DNA of 64,000 nt from a virus (taxonomy: Duplodnaviria > Caudoviricetes): positions 776 to 64,775 of the IMG/VR virus record IMGVR_UViG_3300033991_000020. The stretch is one strand, 5' to 3'. Position numbers and translations under genes: made by a program. The notes under the pieces were generated by a model, which saw only the letters and a list, made by a program, of their open reading frames with translations, was not told the DNA's origin and did not search any database. How positions within the stretch are numbered: the stretch's first letter is position 1; every line of letters starts with the position of its first letter. This document shows positions 17,789 through 28,064 of the stretch, piece by piece.

Positions 17789-18787
17789 ATGGGAAAATTA
17801 CAAGAATATATAAATAAGTACAATAAGGATTTAGCTGGCTCAATCATTAAGTTGAGCGATAGTCCCTATACTGGCATAGAACGAGCCTCTACAGGGTCGT
17901 TTTCATGCGATATTAGTGTTGGTGGGGGTCTTCCATGTTCCAGCATTATAGAGCTGTTTGGAGAAGAAAGCACAGGAAAATCGCTTTTAAGCCTCAAAAC
18001 CATAGCAACCGTTCAAAAAAAATTTGATAAAGATTGTGTTTATATAGACTTGGAGGGAGCTCTTACAAAAGAATGGGCCACAAAAGTTGGAGTAAACCCA
18101 GACAAACTGTACATTGTTCGACCTAAAACAGCAGAAAAGGCTTTAGATACTTTGATAGACCTAGTATCAAGTAAAGAGGTGGGAGTTGTTGTTGTAGATT
18201 CTGTTTCTGCACTATGCCCAATTGTTGAAACAGAAGAAAGCTTGGAAAAAAATCAAATGGGAGTAGCTGCCAGATTAATGAGCAAAACTTTACGTATTTT
18301 AGCTTCGACGTTACAACCAGAAAGCTTAACGGATAAAGAAAAATATAATCCCTGTATTGTAATATTCATTAATCAAACAAGGCGTTTAATTGGGATTCTT
18401 TATGGAAGCAACCTTACAACATCTGGAGGAAACGCTTTAAAATTTTATAGTAGTGTTCGTATTCATCTTAAAAAAGGCGATACGTTAAGAAATGAGGCAA
18501 AAAGCGCAATAGGTCAAAACATTAAATTTACAGTAGTAAAAAATAAAACATATAAGCCATTACAAGTAGGCGAATTTTCTTTTTATTATGATGGACGTAT
18601 TGACAATGAAGAATCTATTATTAATTATGCGATTGCTTTTGAACTGATTAAACAAAAAGGGGCGTGGGTTTATTTGGATGACAAAAAATTCCAGGGAAAA
18701 GAAGCAGTTGTTGAATACCTAAAAAAAGATAGTAAAGCAATACTAAAACTAAAAAAAGATATTATTGATATAGTTAAAAAGGATTAA
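17789..18787 (+). CDS. recA: RecA/UvsX recombinase
   Basis: ELFGEESTGKS, YIDLE, VVDSV, FINQ, SGGNALKFYSSVR, VVKNK. Confidence 0.95.
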   Translation: MGKLQEYINKYNKDLAGSIIKLSDSPYTGIERASTGSFSCDISVGGGLPCSSIIELFGEESTGKSLLSLKTIATVQKKFDKDCVYIDLEGALTKEWATKVGVNPDKLYIVRPKTAEKALDTLIDLVSSKEVGVVVVDSVSALCPIVETEESLEKNQMGVAARLMSKTLRILASTLQPESLTDKEKYNPCIVIFINQTRRLIGILYGSNLTTSGGNALKFYSSVRIHLKKGDTLRNEAKSAIGQNIKFTVVKNKTYKPLQVGEFSFYYDGRIDNEESIINYAIAFELIKQKGAWVYLDDKKFQGKEAVVEYLKKDSKAILKLKKDIIDIVKKD

Positions 18788-18788
18788 T

Positions 18789-19241
18789 ATGAGTATTTGT
18801 AGAAAAGACTGTAAATATAATAAGAATAATTTTTGTAGATATTATAAAAATTCAATATTGTGCTTACAGGGTAATGATACTTATTGCTTAGCATATAAAA
18901 AACAAATTGAAAAGCCCGTTAGAAACCAAATAAAGAGAAACTCAATTAAACAAGAAAAGAAATTAGCAAAAGACTTGGGTGCTAAAAGGCAACCTCAAAG
19001 TGGTGCGAAAGATGCGGCTCCTGCTGATATGATTAAGGGTAATTATATTATTGAAAGTAAAGCGACGAATAAAGATAGTATAGTTTTACATAAAGAATGG
19101 CTAGACCAATTAAAACAATCTCCGATTAACTACGGAAAAGTGCCTACATTAATAATAGATTTTACGAAAACAAATGATAGATATGTAGTGTTAGATATGG
19201 TAGATTTTCAAAAAATAATTAAAGGAGAATCCAATGAATAA
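18789..19241 (+). CDS. PD-(D/E)xK nuclease / Hjc-like resolvase with Cys-rich N-terminus
   Basis: QEKKLAKDLG...PQSGA...AD...IIESK. Confidence 0.7.
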   Translation: MSICRKDCKYNKNNFCRYYKNSILCLQGNDTYCLAYKKQIEKPVRNQIKRNSIKQEKKLAKDLGAKRQPQSGAKDAAPADMIKGNYIIESKATNKDSIVLHKEWLDQLKQSPINYGKVPTLIIDFTKTNDRYVVLDMVDFQKIIKGESNE

Positions 19242-19446
19242 TTGTATTACTGTTACTATTAGTACAGAAGATAGAGAGGTTAAATTATCTTTTCCAGAAG
19301 ATGGTGATATTTATGCCTATTTGGAAGAGCTTTCTCATCTTTTAGTAGCTTGGGGCTTTCATCCAAGTACTGTCCAAGATGGTATTTGCGCATTAGCTGA
19401 AAACTATGAAGAAGAAATAAAAGAAGACAAACTAGAAGGAGAATAA
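19234..19446 (+). CDS. hypothetical protein
   Basis: AGGAG RBS; coupled ORF. Confidence 0.6.
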   Translation: MNNCITVTISTEDREVKLSFPEDGDIYAYLEELSHLLVAWGFHPSTVQDGICALAENYEEEIKEDKLEGE

Positions 19447-19447
19447 T

Positions 19448-19669
19448 ATGGAATTTGTAAAAGTACAAAGAGATGAATTGATTCAACAGTTTAAAGAGTA
19501 CATTGAATTATTAAAAAGCTGCCCAAAAACTATGGAATTTCATACCTTAGTGGAATTTTGTGGTATTGATGTAGGTTTTCTTAAATTAGCCAAACAATAT
19601 AACGATATTAAACTTGGAGAGCAAGCAAAAGTACAGCAGCAGAAAAAAGAAGAGCAAGGAAATATTTAA
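19448..19669 (+). CDS. hypothetical protein
   Basis: AGGAG RBS; coupled ORF. Confidence 0.6.
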   Translation: MEFVKVQRDELIQQFKEYIELLKSCPKTMEFHTLVEFCGIDVGFLKLAKQYNDIKLGEQAKVQQQKKEEQGNI

Positions 19670-20025
19670 TGAAAATAGCTGTTATAGGCTCAAGAGAATT
19701 TAAAGATTTTAAATTTGTAAAAGATACTGTTATTACAGCCTTTTATTTAAATGCGCCTTTATGTGGTAATGAATTTGTTAGTGGAGGAGCAAGAGGGGTT
19801 GATACTTGGGCTGAAGAATGTATGACACACCTCACTCCAAAGCATATTTTTAAACCTGAGTGGGATAAATATGGTAAACGAGCAGGATTCATAAGAAATC
19901 AATTAATAATAAATGAAGCAGATAAAGTTATAGCCTTTTGGGATGGTTCAAGTTGTGGCACTAAGAATTCAATTGATTTAGCTATTAAAGCTGGCAAACC
20001 TATTGATATTTATGTGAGATATTAA
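19669..20025 (+). CDS. SLOG-family (DUF2493/YspA-like) protein
   Basis: IAVIGSREF, VSGGARGVD, AGFIRNQLI, AFWDGSSCGT. Confidence 0.85.
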   Translation: MKIAVIGSREFKDFKFVKDTVITAFYLNAPLCGNEFVSGGARGVDTWAEECMTHLTPKHIFKPEWDKYGKRAGFIRNQLIINEADKVIAFWDGSSCGTKNSIDLAIKAGKPIDIYVRY

Positions 20026-20492
20026 TGAAAGAACTGATTTTAATCGTAGCCAACGTAGGAGAAGGAAAAACAACCTTAGCTAAAAAATATCAAAAGAAGG
20101 GTTATGTTGTAATTAGCAAGGATAGTCTTCGTTATTGTATCGGGGCTGGAAACTATATTTATAATTATAAATATGAACCTATTATTTGGAAAATTGAAGA
20201 ACGTATGTTAGAAGCTTTTATGGAATTAGGTGTTAATATTGTAGTAGATTCTATTTGCGTTTCTAAAAGAATTAGGAAACGCTATATTAATATAGCTAAA
20301 TATAATAATTATAAAGTAAAATGTTATATTTTACCTAAATTATCTATGAAAGAAGCAGTAGACAGGAGAATGCAAAATCCGCATGGCCAATATAATAGAA
20401 GCATTTGGAGAAGGGTTTGGAAACGTTTTGATAAAGTATATGAGGAACCCAAATTATCTGAGGGTATAAATAAAATTATTAAGGGGGTATAA
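20025..20492 (+). CDS. P-loop kinase (AAA_33 / polynucleotide kinase-like)
   Basis: ANVGEGKTT, ISKDSLR, IVVD, EEPKLSEG. Confidence 0.75.
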   Translation: MKELILIVANVGEGKTTLAKKYQKKGYVVISKDSLRYCIGAGNYIYNYKYEPIIWKIEERMLEAFMELGVNIVVDSICVSKRIRKRYINIAKYNNYKVKCYILPKLSMKEAVDRRMQNPHGQYNRSIWRRVWKRFDKVYEEPKLSEGINKIIKGV

Positions 20493-20525
20493 AGAGTAAG
20501 TATGAAATTTTGGAGATATAATTAA

Positions 20526-21647
20526 ATGAAAAATAACCCAACTACTAAAATGTTTGCTGGTTTTAGAATGATAAGAAAAAAGATTGATGGTAAAGTTGTA
20601 TCTATTCCGAAAGCCCCTCAATTTACTTTGACTAAGAATTTATTTAAATTTTTAGAAAAATGCAAAACACTTACAGAATTACAACATAGTATAGTTCAAG
20701 AACAATTAAACAAGTGTACAGAAAAGGTAAGTCCAGAATATATTGCAAGGTTATGTGCAATTTTGGAAAAACCTGTAACTGGAAAACTAGAGGATAACAA
20801 ATGAGTTGGGAGGGTTACTATCAACAACTTTGTAAGAAGGGGCACTATACTTCTAAATCAGCTGAATATCAAGAGGAAGATGAACAATGTAGAATTTGCG
20901 GCGAAAAGATTGTTTGGGTTAATACAGTAGATACTACAAATGGTTCTTTTGATGATGAAGGAAATCAAATTGATGGTTATATTGAATTAGAAGAAAAGGA
21001 AAGAAAAGTTTGTGAACATTGTAAATCAATTTTAGAAATCCTTTATAAAATCCCTAAAGGAAAAGGTTACAAAAGATGAAAAAACGAAATCCTATTTTGG
21101 AAAATAAAAAACTTGGCTATGCAACTCCTCGTTGTTGGTGGTCAAAATCAAAAAAGAAAATATCTGCTAAAGTGTTAATTAAATGTGGAGATTGCGATAA
21201 TAAACTTGAAATTTATTATGATAAAAGAAAAGTAAAGAATCCAATTGACCAAGCCATAAACGACCAAATAGAAATTAATGGTGTATTTGCAGATAAAAAA
21301 TGGTGGAAAGAACTATTTAAAGAAATAGGAATAATACAATGAAAAGATTTAAATTATACTGGTTTTTTAGAAAGTTATATGATAATTATTTAAGGAAAAA
21401 GGACGAGTCTCTTATTCCAAAAGGAATATATTGTCATGGTCAAACAGTTCAAGACCCAAACAATCCTATGGTTAGATTATGCCCTAATTGTTGTCCATAT
21501 TGGGATAAGAATCCTTTTGCGTTAGACCAAGAGGATGGTTATTGTTCTCTTTTGGCTATGGGAGATTGGGAACCAGACGGAACTTTTTTATTATGGGACC
21601 AGTGCAAAGAGTGCGGTATAAACTACGATGATGAGGACGAAAAATGA
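20526..21647 (+). other. four small hypothetical ORFs (20526..20804, 20801..21079, 21076..21342, 21339..21647), three of them Cys-rich
   Basis: Overlapping ATGA-coupled ORFs; CxxC pairs. Confidence 0.6.
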
Positions 21648-22618
21648 AAACGGCGGTTATAACTGCTGACCTGCACATAGACAAAAATAATAGACCAGAA
21701 GATACTTTGGCTATTTTACGTCAAATTATGCAATATGCTGTTGGAAATAAAGTGGATTTTGTCTATGTTCTTGGAGATGTATATGAGCGTAAAAGGCCAT
21801 ATAGCTGTGAAAAAACTATATTTGAAAAGTTTATAAAATATTTATCTGATAAAGGTGTTGAAGTAATAATTATACCTGGAAATCACGATGCTGAACCAGA
21901 CGGTAATTCTGCTGTAGATGAATTTGGGATTTTAGAGTTACCTAACGTCTCATTAAAAACCAATCCTTGTATGGTAACTTTGGGCAAGTATAATATTTGG
22001 TTAGGTCACATGCTGGTTCAAGGAGCCAAACTTGGACCAGTAGATTACCAAGCCCACAGTCCAGTTTCTTTACAGAGTATTTTTGATGAGTATTCAGCAG
22101 ACATTTTTTTACTAGGAGACGTGCATAAGGCACAAAAATTAAACGATAATCCACCTGTATTATATGTTGGTTCTCCTGAGCGAATAGATTTTGGTGAACG
22201 TAATGAGAAAAAAGGTTTTACACTACTAACTACTACAGATGAGAAATTGGAGTACAAGTTTGTTCCTTTAGATATTAGACCCATGCTTCAATTTGATTTG
22301 GCGTATTCTAAGTTAGACGATTGGTTAAATGATAATTTAGGCCCACAGCCAGGTACAACAGAGGCCTTAGTAAAAGTAAAAATTACATGCGATAGAGATG
22401 AATACAGCAAAATAGATGAAAAAGCAATAAAGGAACATTTAAAAGATGCAAGAAGCGTAACTATAGAATATGATATTGTAAAGACGACAAGGGTAAGGAG
22501 TAAAAAAATTAAGGAATCTTCTTCACCAGTAAAAGCATTTGAAACCTATGCACAACTAAATGAGTTTGACAAAGAAACTATTGACTTGGGTTTACAAATA
22601 ATGGAGGAAACAAAATGA
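21644..22618 (+). CDS. SbcD/Mre11-like nuclease subunit
   Basis: ADLHI, LGDVYE, PGNHD, LGDVHK, YVGSPERIDFGE. Confidence 0.9.
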   Translation: MKTAVITADLHIDKNNRPEDTLAILRQIMQYAVGNKVDFVYVLGDVYERKRPYSCEKTIFEKFIKYLSDKGVEVIIIPGNHDAEPDGNSAVDEFGILELPNVSLKTNPCMVTLGKYNIWLGHMLVQGAKLGPVDYQAHSPVSLQSIFDEYSADIFLLGDVHKAQKLNDNPPVLYVGSPERIDFGERNEKKGFTLLTTTDEKLEYKFVPLDIRPMLQFDLAYSKLDDWLNDNLGPQPGTTEALVKVKITCDRDEYSKIDEKAIKEHLKDARSVTIEYDIVKTTRVRSKKIKESSSPVKAFETYAQLNEFDKETIDLGLQIMEETK

Positions 22619-23046
22619 AAATAACTATATCAAAAGATTGGGAAACGATAGACTTATTGACTGAGCAAGACCCAAATAAATTTGGAGAAGCTCTGCGTAA
22701 CTATTGTTTTATTGGTAATTGTGAACAAACTGGTTGTTATTCTACATTTGATTTAATTCCACAATTAAAAAAGGTTAAATCTGGCAAAATTTATGAAGAA
22801 GCTAAAAAAGTAATCCATCCAGAAAATTATTTACATGTTTATTATTGGAAAATTATTGAAAAAAACTGTTGGATAGCTTATGGCGACCCTGAAGGTAAAC
22901 CACAACGAATGAAATTTTGTGAACCCCACGAACTAGTTTGTGCTTGGGAATGGGAAGGGGATGGGACACTATATTTTAGATTTAATAATAAAAAAGTTAT
23001 TAATACCGACTGTAAAAAAGATTATGTTTGGAAATGGATAAAATAA
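22615..23046 (+). CDS. hypothetical protein
   Basis: GGAGG RBS; Trp/Cys-rich. Confidence 0.6.
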   Translation: MKITISKDWETIDLLTEQDPNKFGEALRNYCFIGNCEQTGCYSTFDLIPQLKKVKSGKIYEEAKKVIHPENYLHVYYWKIIEKNCWIAYGDPEGKPQRMKFCEPHELVCAWEWEGDGTLYFRFNNKKVINTDCKKDYVWKWIK

Positions 23047-23589
23047 ATGAAAGACATAAATCTCCTTAGTCTTGATTTAGAGTTGAATAAGCCTTCTGGG
23101 AGTATTATCCAAATTGGGTCTGTAGTTGGCAATTTAGCTTCTGGAAAAATTTTGGAAGAATACTCTGCTTATATTAATTGTGGAGAAATTCTTGACCCTT
23201 TTATTATAAATTTAACAGGGATTAAACAAGAGAATGTAGATAATGGGATTGGTTTATATACTGCTTATGGCCAGTTAAAAGATTTACATAAGAAATATGA
23301 ATGCTTCCGAAATTGTGCATGCTGGGGAGGGGGAGATACTTTAGAATTAAAGAAGCAACTCCATATAACAGATGATGAATTATTTTTATTTGGCAGAAGA
23401 TGGATAGATGTAAAAACCATCTTTATCGCCTATAGGTGGGCAAATGGAGAAGGCCATCAAGCTGGGCTTGCAAAAGCTTTATTGAAGTTGGGTATGCAAT
23501 TTGAAGGAACTAAACATTCGGCTAAAGATGACGCTCGAAACACTTGGTATATATTTTGCGAATTATTAAGGAGATTTAAAAATGAATGA
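23047..23589 (+). CDS. DEDDh 3'-5' exonuclease
   Basis: LDLE, IIQIG, LTGI, WGGGD, HSAKDDA. Confidence 0.85.
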   Translation: MKDINLLSLDLELNKPSGSIIQIGSVVGNLASGKILEEYSAYINCGEILDPFIINLTGIKQENVDNGIGLYTAYGQLKDLHKKYECFRNCACWGGGDTLELKKQLHITDDELFLFGRRWIDVKTIFIAYRWANGEGHQAGLAKALLKLGMQFEGTKHSAKDDARNTWYIFCELLRRFKNE

Positions 23590-24112
23590 CCTTATGTTGG
23601 ATTTAGAAACTTTTGGAGTATCGCCTAATAGTATAATTGTACAGTTGGGGGCTTGTTATTTTAATCGAGAAACTGGAGAAATTGGTAAAACTTTCTGTGA
23701 AAATATTGATACACCTTCAGCACAAGGGTATGGATTAACAATAGATGCTTCTACTATTAATTGGTGGCTAAGTCAATCTAAAAATGCTCAAGAGTCTATC
23801 CTAAAAGAACCCAGAACCAATATAAAAATTGTACTAGAACAATTCCAAGAATTTGCTATAGATGCAACACAAGTTTGGTCTCATGCTACTTTTGATTTTG
23901 TGATATTATTAAATGCCTATAATAAAGTTGGCTTAAAGTTTCCATTTCATTATAGAGCACCCAGAGATATTAGAACCCTGACTGACTTAGCTAACATTGA
24001 CCCTAAAAGTTATAAAATGCAAGGCCTTGAGCACAATGCTTTAGAGGATTGTAAGCATCAAGTTAAGTATTGTTGTGATTGTTTTAAAAAATTGAAAGGA
24101 ATAAATAAATGA
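23582..24112 (+). CDS. 3'-5' exonuclease (ExoVIII C-terminal / Rv2179c-like)
   Basis: MLDLETFG, TINWW, FDFVIL, RDIRT, HNALEDC. Confidence 0.85.
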   Translation: MNDLMLDLETFGVSPNSIIVQLGACYFNRETGEIGKTFCENIDTPSAQGYGLTIDASTINWWLSQSKNAQESILKEPRTNIKIVLEQFQEFAIDATQVWSHATFDFVILLNAYNKVGLKFPFHYRAPRDIRTLTDLANIDPKSYKMQGLEHNALEDCKHQVKYCCDCFKKLKGINK

Positions 24113-24825
24113 ACCTACCAAATCCTGATATTAAATTTGTCAAGAGTAAAGGCATTGATTTACCAATAATGAAAATTTATTTAGTTGGAAAAATTTCTGG
24201 TAATTGTATGGATAAATGTTTAGAATGGCGAAAACAAATTATTGAACATTATCGAAATTATAGACCAATTTATGATTTGCCAATGTATAAAAATGGTGAA
24301 AAGCCAAAAGATAAAATTATTATTGGTTATGAATCATATCCAATTTCTTTTATTTGTCCATTAAATTCTGGCGAATCAAAAACAGCAGATTCTCTTGGAT
24401 TAACATCACACATTCCAAAAAATCTCATATATGATAAAGACATTTTAAGTTTAACCCAAGCTGATGCTATTGTTGCTAATTTAGATGACTTTATGGAGGT
24501 TGGGATTGAAAAGCAATTAAATATGACTTATAATGATATGAGAGATAAATCTCAGCATGATATTTGGCAAAATTATAATAATTTAGTTAATGCAATCAAA
24601 AATCGCAGAGCAAATTTAGGTAGTCTTTTTGAAGTATCGGTTGCATTATATTTGCGTAAACCTGTAATTTTAATTGCTGGAACAAAAAATAATAAATACA
24701 TTCTTGAAAACCACCCCTTTTTCAGTAGGACTTCAGTTATTGTTTTAAATACAGAACAATTACTTAAAGAAAAATGGCTTCAAGTTTTATATAAGGCCTT
24801 AGCAGGTAGTACTGGGGAATATTAA
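24109..24825 (+). CDS. nucleoside 2-deoxyribosyltransferase-like protein
   Basis: IYLVGKISG, WR, ICP, DILSLTQADAIVANL, GSLFEV...KPVI, HPF. Confidence 0.7.
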   Translation: MNLPNPDIKFVKSKGIDLPIMKIYLVGKISGNCMDKCLEWRKQIIEHYRNYRPIYDLPMYKNGEKPKDKIIIGYESYPISFICPLNSGESKTADSLGLTSHIPKNLIYDKDILSLTQADAIVANLDDFMEVGIEKQLNMTYNDMRDKSQHDIWQNYNNLVNAIKNRRANLGSLFEVSVALYLRKPVILIAGTKNNKYILENHPFFSRTSVIVLNTEQLLKEKWLQVLYKALAGSTGEY

Positions 24826-26531
24826 TGATAGCCAAATATCTGCACCTACATAATTTCTACAGCCATACTGATACAGAACTTGCCTTTGATAAGGAGATTT
24901 ACTCTATTATTGGTAAAATCGAAGGGAGTAATAAGAGCAACGGGAGTGGCAAGACTTCTTTAGTAAGGGGTATTAATTTTGCACTGTGGGGCGACGCAAC
25001 TGAATCTGAAAAAAGCGGGCGTAATTTACAAGTAAAAGGTGATGCTTTAATCTATAATGATGCTGATGAAATGGAAGTTACTTTTGGCTTTGCAATGAAT
25101 GAAAATGAGTATGAGATTAAACGTACTTTAAAGAGGGGTTCTACTGCCTCAGTTTATATTTCTAAAAATGGAGAAAAACCCTTAAAGTATGGAGTTAAAG
25201 ATGGCCAAGAAGTCATAGAAAAAATATTAGGCACTAACTATGAAATATTTAAGAATACAAGTTATTTTCAGCAGGGAGATTTAAATTCTTTTTCTAAACT
25301 AACACCTAAAGCAGCTAAAGATGTTGTAATGAGTATTCTTCAATTGGATGTTTATAGCAACTACGAGCAAGCTGTAAAGGACCAGGTTTCTACAGTAAAA
25401 GACAAGATACAAGGATTAGATAGCAGACAAGCCACATTAGAGGAAATGATTAAGAAACAAAAAGAAACACAACAAGAATCCAAATATTCACAAAAAGATT
25501 TAAAACAAGTTGAAGATGAAATAAATGAAATGTCTTTTAGTAGGCAATTAGAAAATTTTTGGGAAGCCTCTAAAACTAAAAGTTTGGACTTAATTGATAA
25601 GCAAAGAACTGAACAACAGCAAAATTTAAGTAAGGTTGAAGCTGAAATTAATTTAATAGACCAACGGGTTAGAAAATTAGAAAAACTTTCTGGCGTAAAG
25701 AAATGTCCAACCTGTGAACAGGAATTAAAAGAAGAGGACATTAAAGCCATTATCCAAGTTCTTAAAACTGACCTAAACAATAGAATCCCAAAAAGAAACC
25801 AATTAAAAAAAGCATTACTAACCATAGATAAAGCTAAAGCAGAAATAAGAAGTTACTCTTTATCATTATATGATGAATCCTTAGCTCTGGAAAAGAATAG
25901 AAAGCTGTCTGAAATCAAAACAGAGCTTAAAAGAGCTACGCAAGATAAATCAAAGTTAGCAGATTTAATTAAGGAAAATAATAAGGTTATTGAAAACGTA
26001 AAACAAGAGAAAGAATTACTTAGTAAATACAAAAAACTACAGGAGGCGTTTGGACGTAATGGTATTCCTGCTCATATTATAGAGCATGTTATACTAGAAA
26101 TAGAAGAAACTGCAAATGATATTTTAACAGGCCTAGATACTAATATTCGTATTTCTATTGAGAGCCAAAAAGATTTAAAAAGTGGGGGCAAAGCAGAAAC
26201 ATTGGACATAAATGTAATTACGCAATATGGAGAAAGGCCTTATGCCAATTATTCTGGTGGAGAAAAAACCTTTATAGATTTTGCCATTAGGATGGCTTTA
26301 TCTATCATTTTGTCGAGGCGTTCAAATTGTCAAATACAAACATTAATATTAGACGAAATTTGGGAAAATTTGGATGCGGTTAATAGGAGTTTGGTAACTA
26401 GAGCTATTAGTTGGATTAAAAACAAATTTGATTTCAAAAGAATATTAATAATATCACACCAAGAAGAGCTAAGAGACGCCTTTGAAAATACTATTAAAGT
26501 ATATTTTGATGGGAGGAAAAGTTATGTTTAA
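24825..26531 (+). CDS. SbcC/Rad50-like SMC ATPase
   Basis: NGSGKT, FQQG, CPTC zinc hook, YSGGE, LILDE, ISH. Confidence 0.93.
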   Translation: MIAKYLHLHNFYSHTDTELAFDKEIYSIIGKIEGSNKSNGSGKTSLVRGINFALWGDATESEKSGRNLQVKGDALIYNDADEMEVTFGFAMNENEYEIKRTLKRGSTASVYISKNGEKPLKYGVKDGQEVIEKILGTNYEIFKNTSYFQQGDLNSFSKLTPKAAKDVVMSILQLDVYSNYEQAVKDQVSTVKDKIQGLDSRQATLEEMIKKQKETQQESKYSQKDLKQVEDEINEMSFSRQLENFWEASKTKSLDLIDKQRTEQQQNLSKVEAEINLIDQRVRKLEKLSGVKKCPTCEQELKEEDIKAIIQVLKTDLNNRIPKRNQLKKALLTIDKAKAEIRSYSLSLYDESLALEKNRKLSEIKTELKRATQDKSKLADLIKENNKVIENVKQEKELLSKYKKLQEAFGRNGIPAHIIEHVILEIEETANDILTGLDTNIRISIESQKDLKSGGKAETLDINVITQYGERPYANYSGGEKTFIDFAIRMALSIILSRRSNCQIQTLILDEIWENLDAVNRSLVTRAISWIKNKFDFKRILIISHQEELRDAFENTIKVYFDGRKSYV

Positions 26532-26730
26532 CAACATTAAAGTTATAATAAAAAATATTTGGAAAAGACTTACTTGGATACATATTATTAGTATACATCC
26601 AAATATAGATTTAATGAAAGATAAAACATGGTATTTTGTAAATTTTTATGTAAAAAGAACTGGGAAAAACATAGAAATAGCTGACATAAAAATTGGAGAA
26701 GATAAGGATAAACTAAATGTTAAATCGTAA
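26524..26730 (+). CDS. hypothetical protein
   Basis: GGAGG RBS before ATG 26524. Confidence 0.5.
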   Translation: MFNNIKVIIKNIWKRLTWIHIISIHPNIDLMKDKTWYFVNFYVKRTGKNIEIADIKIGEDKDKLNVKS

Positions 26731-27421
26731 AAGTAAAATAAATACAGAACGCTACGATAGGCAAATTGCCCTGGTTGGTAAAGAAGGCCAAGAAAAGCTA
26801 AAAAAAGCCTGTGTAATGATTGTTGGCTGTGGTGGTCTTGGTAATATTGCAGCTAAGTTTTTGGCAGGTTCTGGAATAGGTAAATTGATTTTAATTGACC
26901 ATGATATTGTTGAGGAATCAAATCTCAATAGGCAATTTTTATTTAACAAAAAGTCAATAAAAAGACCAAAGGCTACTGCTCTGAAAGAAACACTATACAA
27001 AATTAATCCAGAAGTTAAGATTGAAGCTGTAGTTAAAAAGTTAGACTTTAACACAGAAATAAAAATAATGGAAATAGCTATTACTAATAATGTTTCTGTT
27101 ATTCTTGATTGTACTGACAACATGGACGCAGCCTATTTAGTAGAAGCTATTGCTCTTAATTTACAGGTTCCTTTGGTATTTGGAAAAACTAGTAAATATT
27201 CTGGAGTTGTAACTGTTATTAAAGATTCTTTTCTAAAAGCAAACTATCCCACTGAACAATTAAATCCAGAAGGAGCTGTTTTTCCAAGTATTAGTGGTAT
27301 TATAGGGTCTATCCAAGCAAGTTTAGCTTTAAAGCTTATCTTGGATTTAAAAATAGATGATGATGTATTGTATTATGATGCTTTAAATAACGAAATGGTA
27401 AAATATAAAAAAGGAGAATAA
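26717..27421 (+). CDS. ThiF/MoeB/E1-like adenylyltransferase
   Basis: RYDRQ, GQEKL, VGCGGLG, DHDIVEESNLNRQ, DCTDN. Confidence 0.9.
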   Translation: MLNRKSKINTERYDRQIALVGKEGQEKLKKACVMIVGCGGLGNIAAKFLAGSGIGKLILIDHDIVEESNLNRQFLFNKKSIKRPKATALKETLYKINPEVKIEAVVKKLDFNTEIKIMEIAITNNVSVILDCTDNMDAAYLVEAIALNLQVPLVFGKTSKYSGVVTVIKDSFLKANYPTEQLNPEGAVFPSISGIIGSIQASLALKLILDLKIDDDVLYYDALNNEMVKYKKGE

Positions 27422-27422
27422 A

Positions 27423-27752
27423 ATGACACAAGAACAAAAAACAATTGCTTTAACAGTTAAGGAGAGATTACTTGTTTCACAAATCTATCCTGAAAAATCA
27501 AGCCTAACAGAACAAACTATAGTTAGGGATGTTTCAAGAAAATTGGAAATAACTCAGGATGAGCAAAAAGAAATCGAGTTCAAAACAATGCCACAAGGTT
27601 TCACGTGGAACCAAGAAAAAGAACAAGTAAAAGCTGTAGAGTTTACAGATGCAGAACTTAATCTTTTAAAAGATAGGGTAAACGCTTTAGACAAAGAACA
27701 AAAGATTACACAGCAGATTTTAGAACTTTGTTTAAAAATTAAAAATGCTTAA
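27423..27752 (+). CDS. hypothetical protein
   Basis: AGGAG RBS; lies between the E1-like and Ubl-like genes. Confidence 0.65.
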   Translation: MTQEQKTIALTVKERLLVSQIYPEKSSLTEQTIVRDVSRKLEITQDEQKEIEFKTMPQGFTWNQEKEQVKAVEFTDAELNLLKDRVNALDKEQKITQQILELCLKIKNA

Positions 27753-27770
27753 TTAAACAAGGAGGATTAG

Positions 27771-28001
27771 ATGAAGTTACGTATCTTAAATGAAAGTGGT
27801 GATTTAGTTCTTACAGATGCCCCAACAACCGTAGGCATTGAAAACGTAAAAAAGATGACAACAGCAGAGATTGAAATTGAGTTTAATAGCTTAGTTAAAG
27901 AAGGATATACGCCAATCAACGACAAAACTAAGAAGATTATGAAGGGTTTTAGTACTAAGGTTGATGAAGTTACAATGTTATACCCGATAATAGGCGGTTG
28001 A
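27771..28001 (+). CDS. putative ubiquitin-like / sulfur-carrier-like protein ending in Gly-Gly
   Basis: 76 aa; AGGAGG RBS; C-terminus EVTMLYPIIGG-stop; close to the E1-like gene. Confidence 0.7.
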   Translation: MKLRILNESGDLVLTDAPTTVGIENVKKMTTAEIEIEFNSLVKEGYTPINDKTKKIMKGFSTKVDEVTMLYPIIGG

Positions 28002-28064
28002 TAAACTATTGGTATTAAATAAGTTATGAAAAATAAGCAACTAAACTAACTATGGAATAAATAA

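Noticed and set aside
26717-28001. Ordinary thiamine or molybdopterin biosynthesis (ThiF-ThiS, MoeB-MoaD)
   Set aside because: No thiG, moaE, cysteine desulfurase or rhodanese gene in the window; not fully excluded if host enzymes are used
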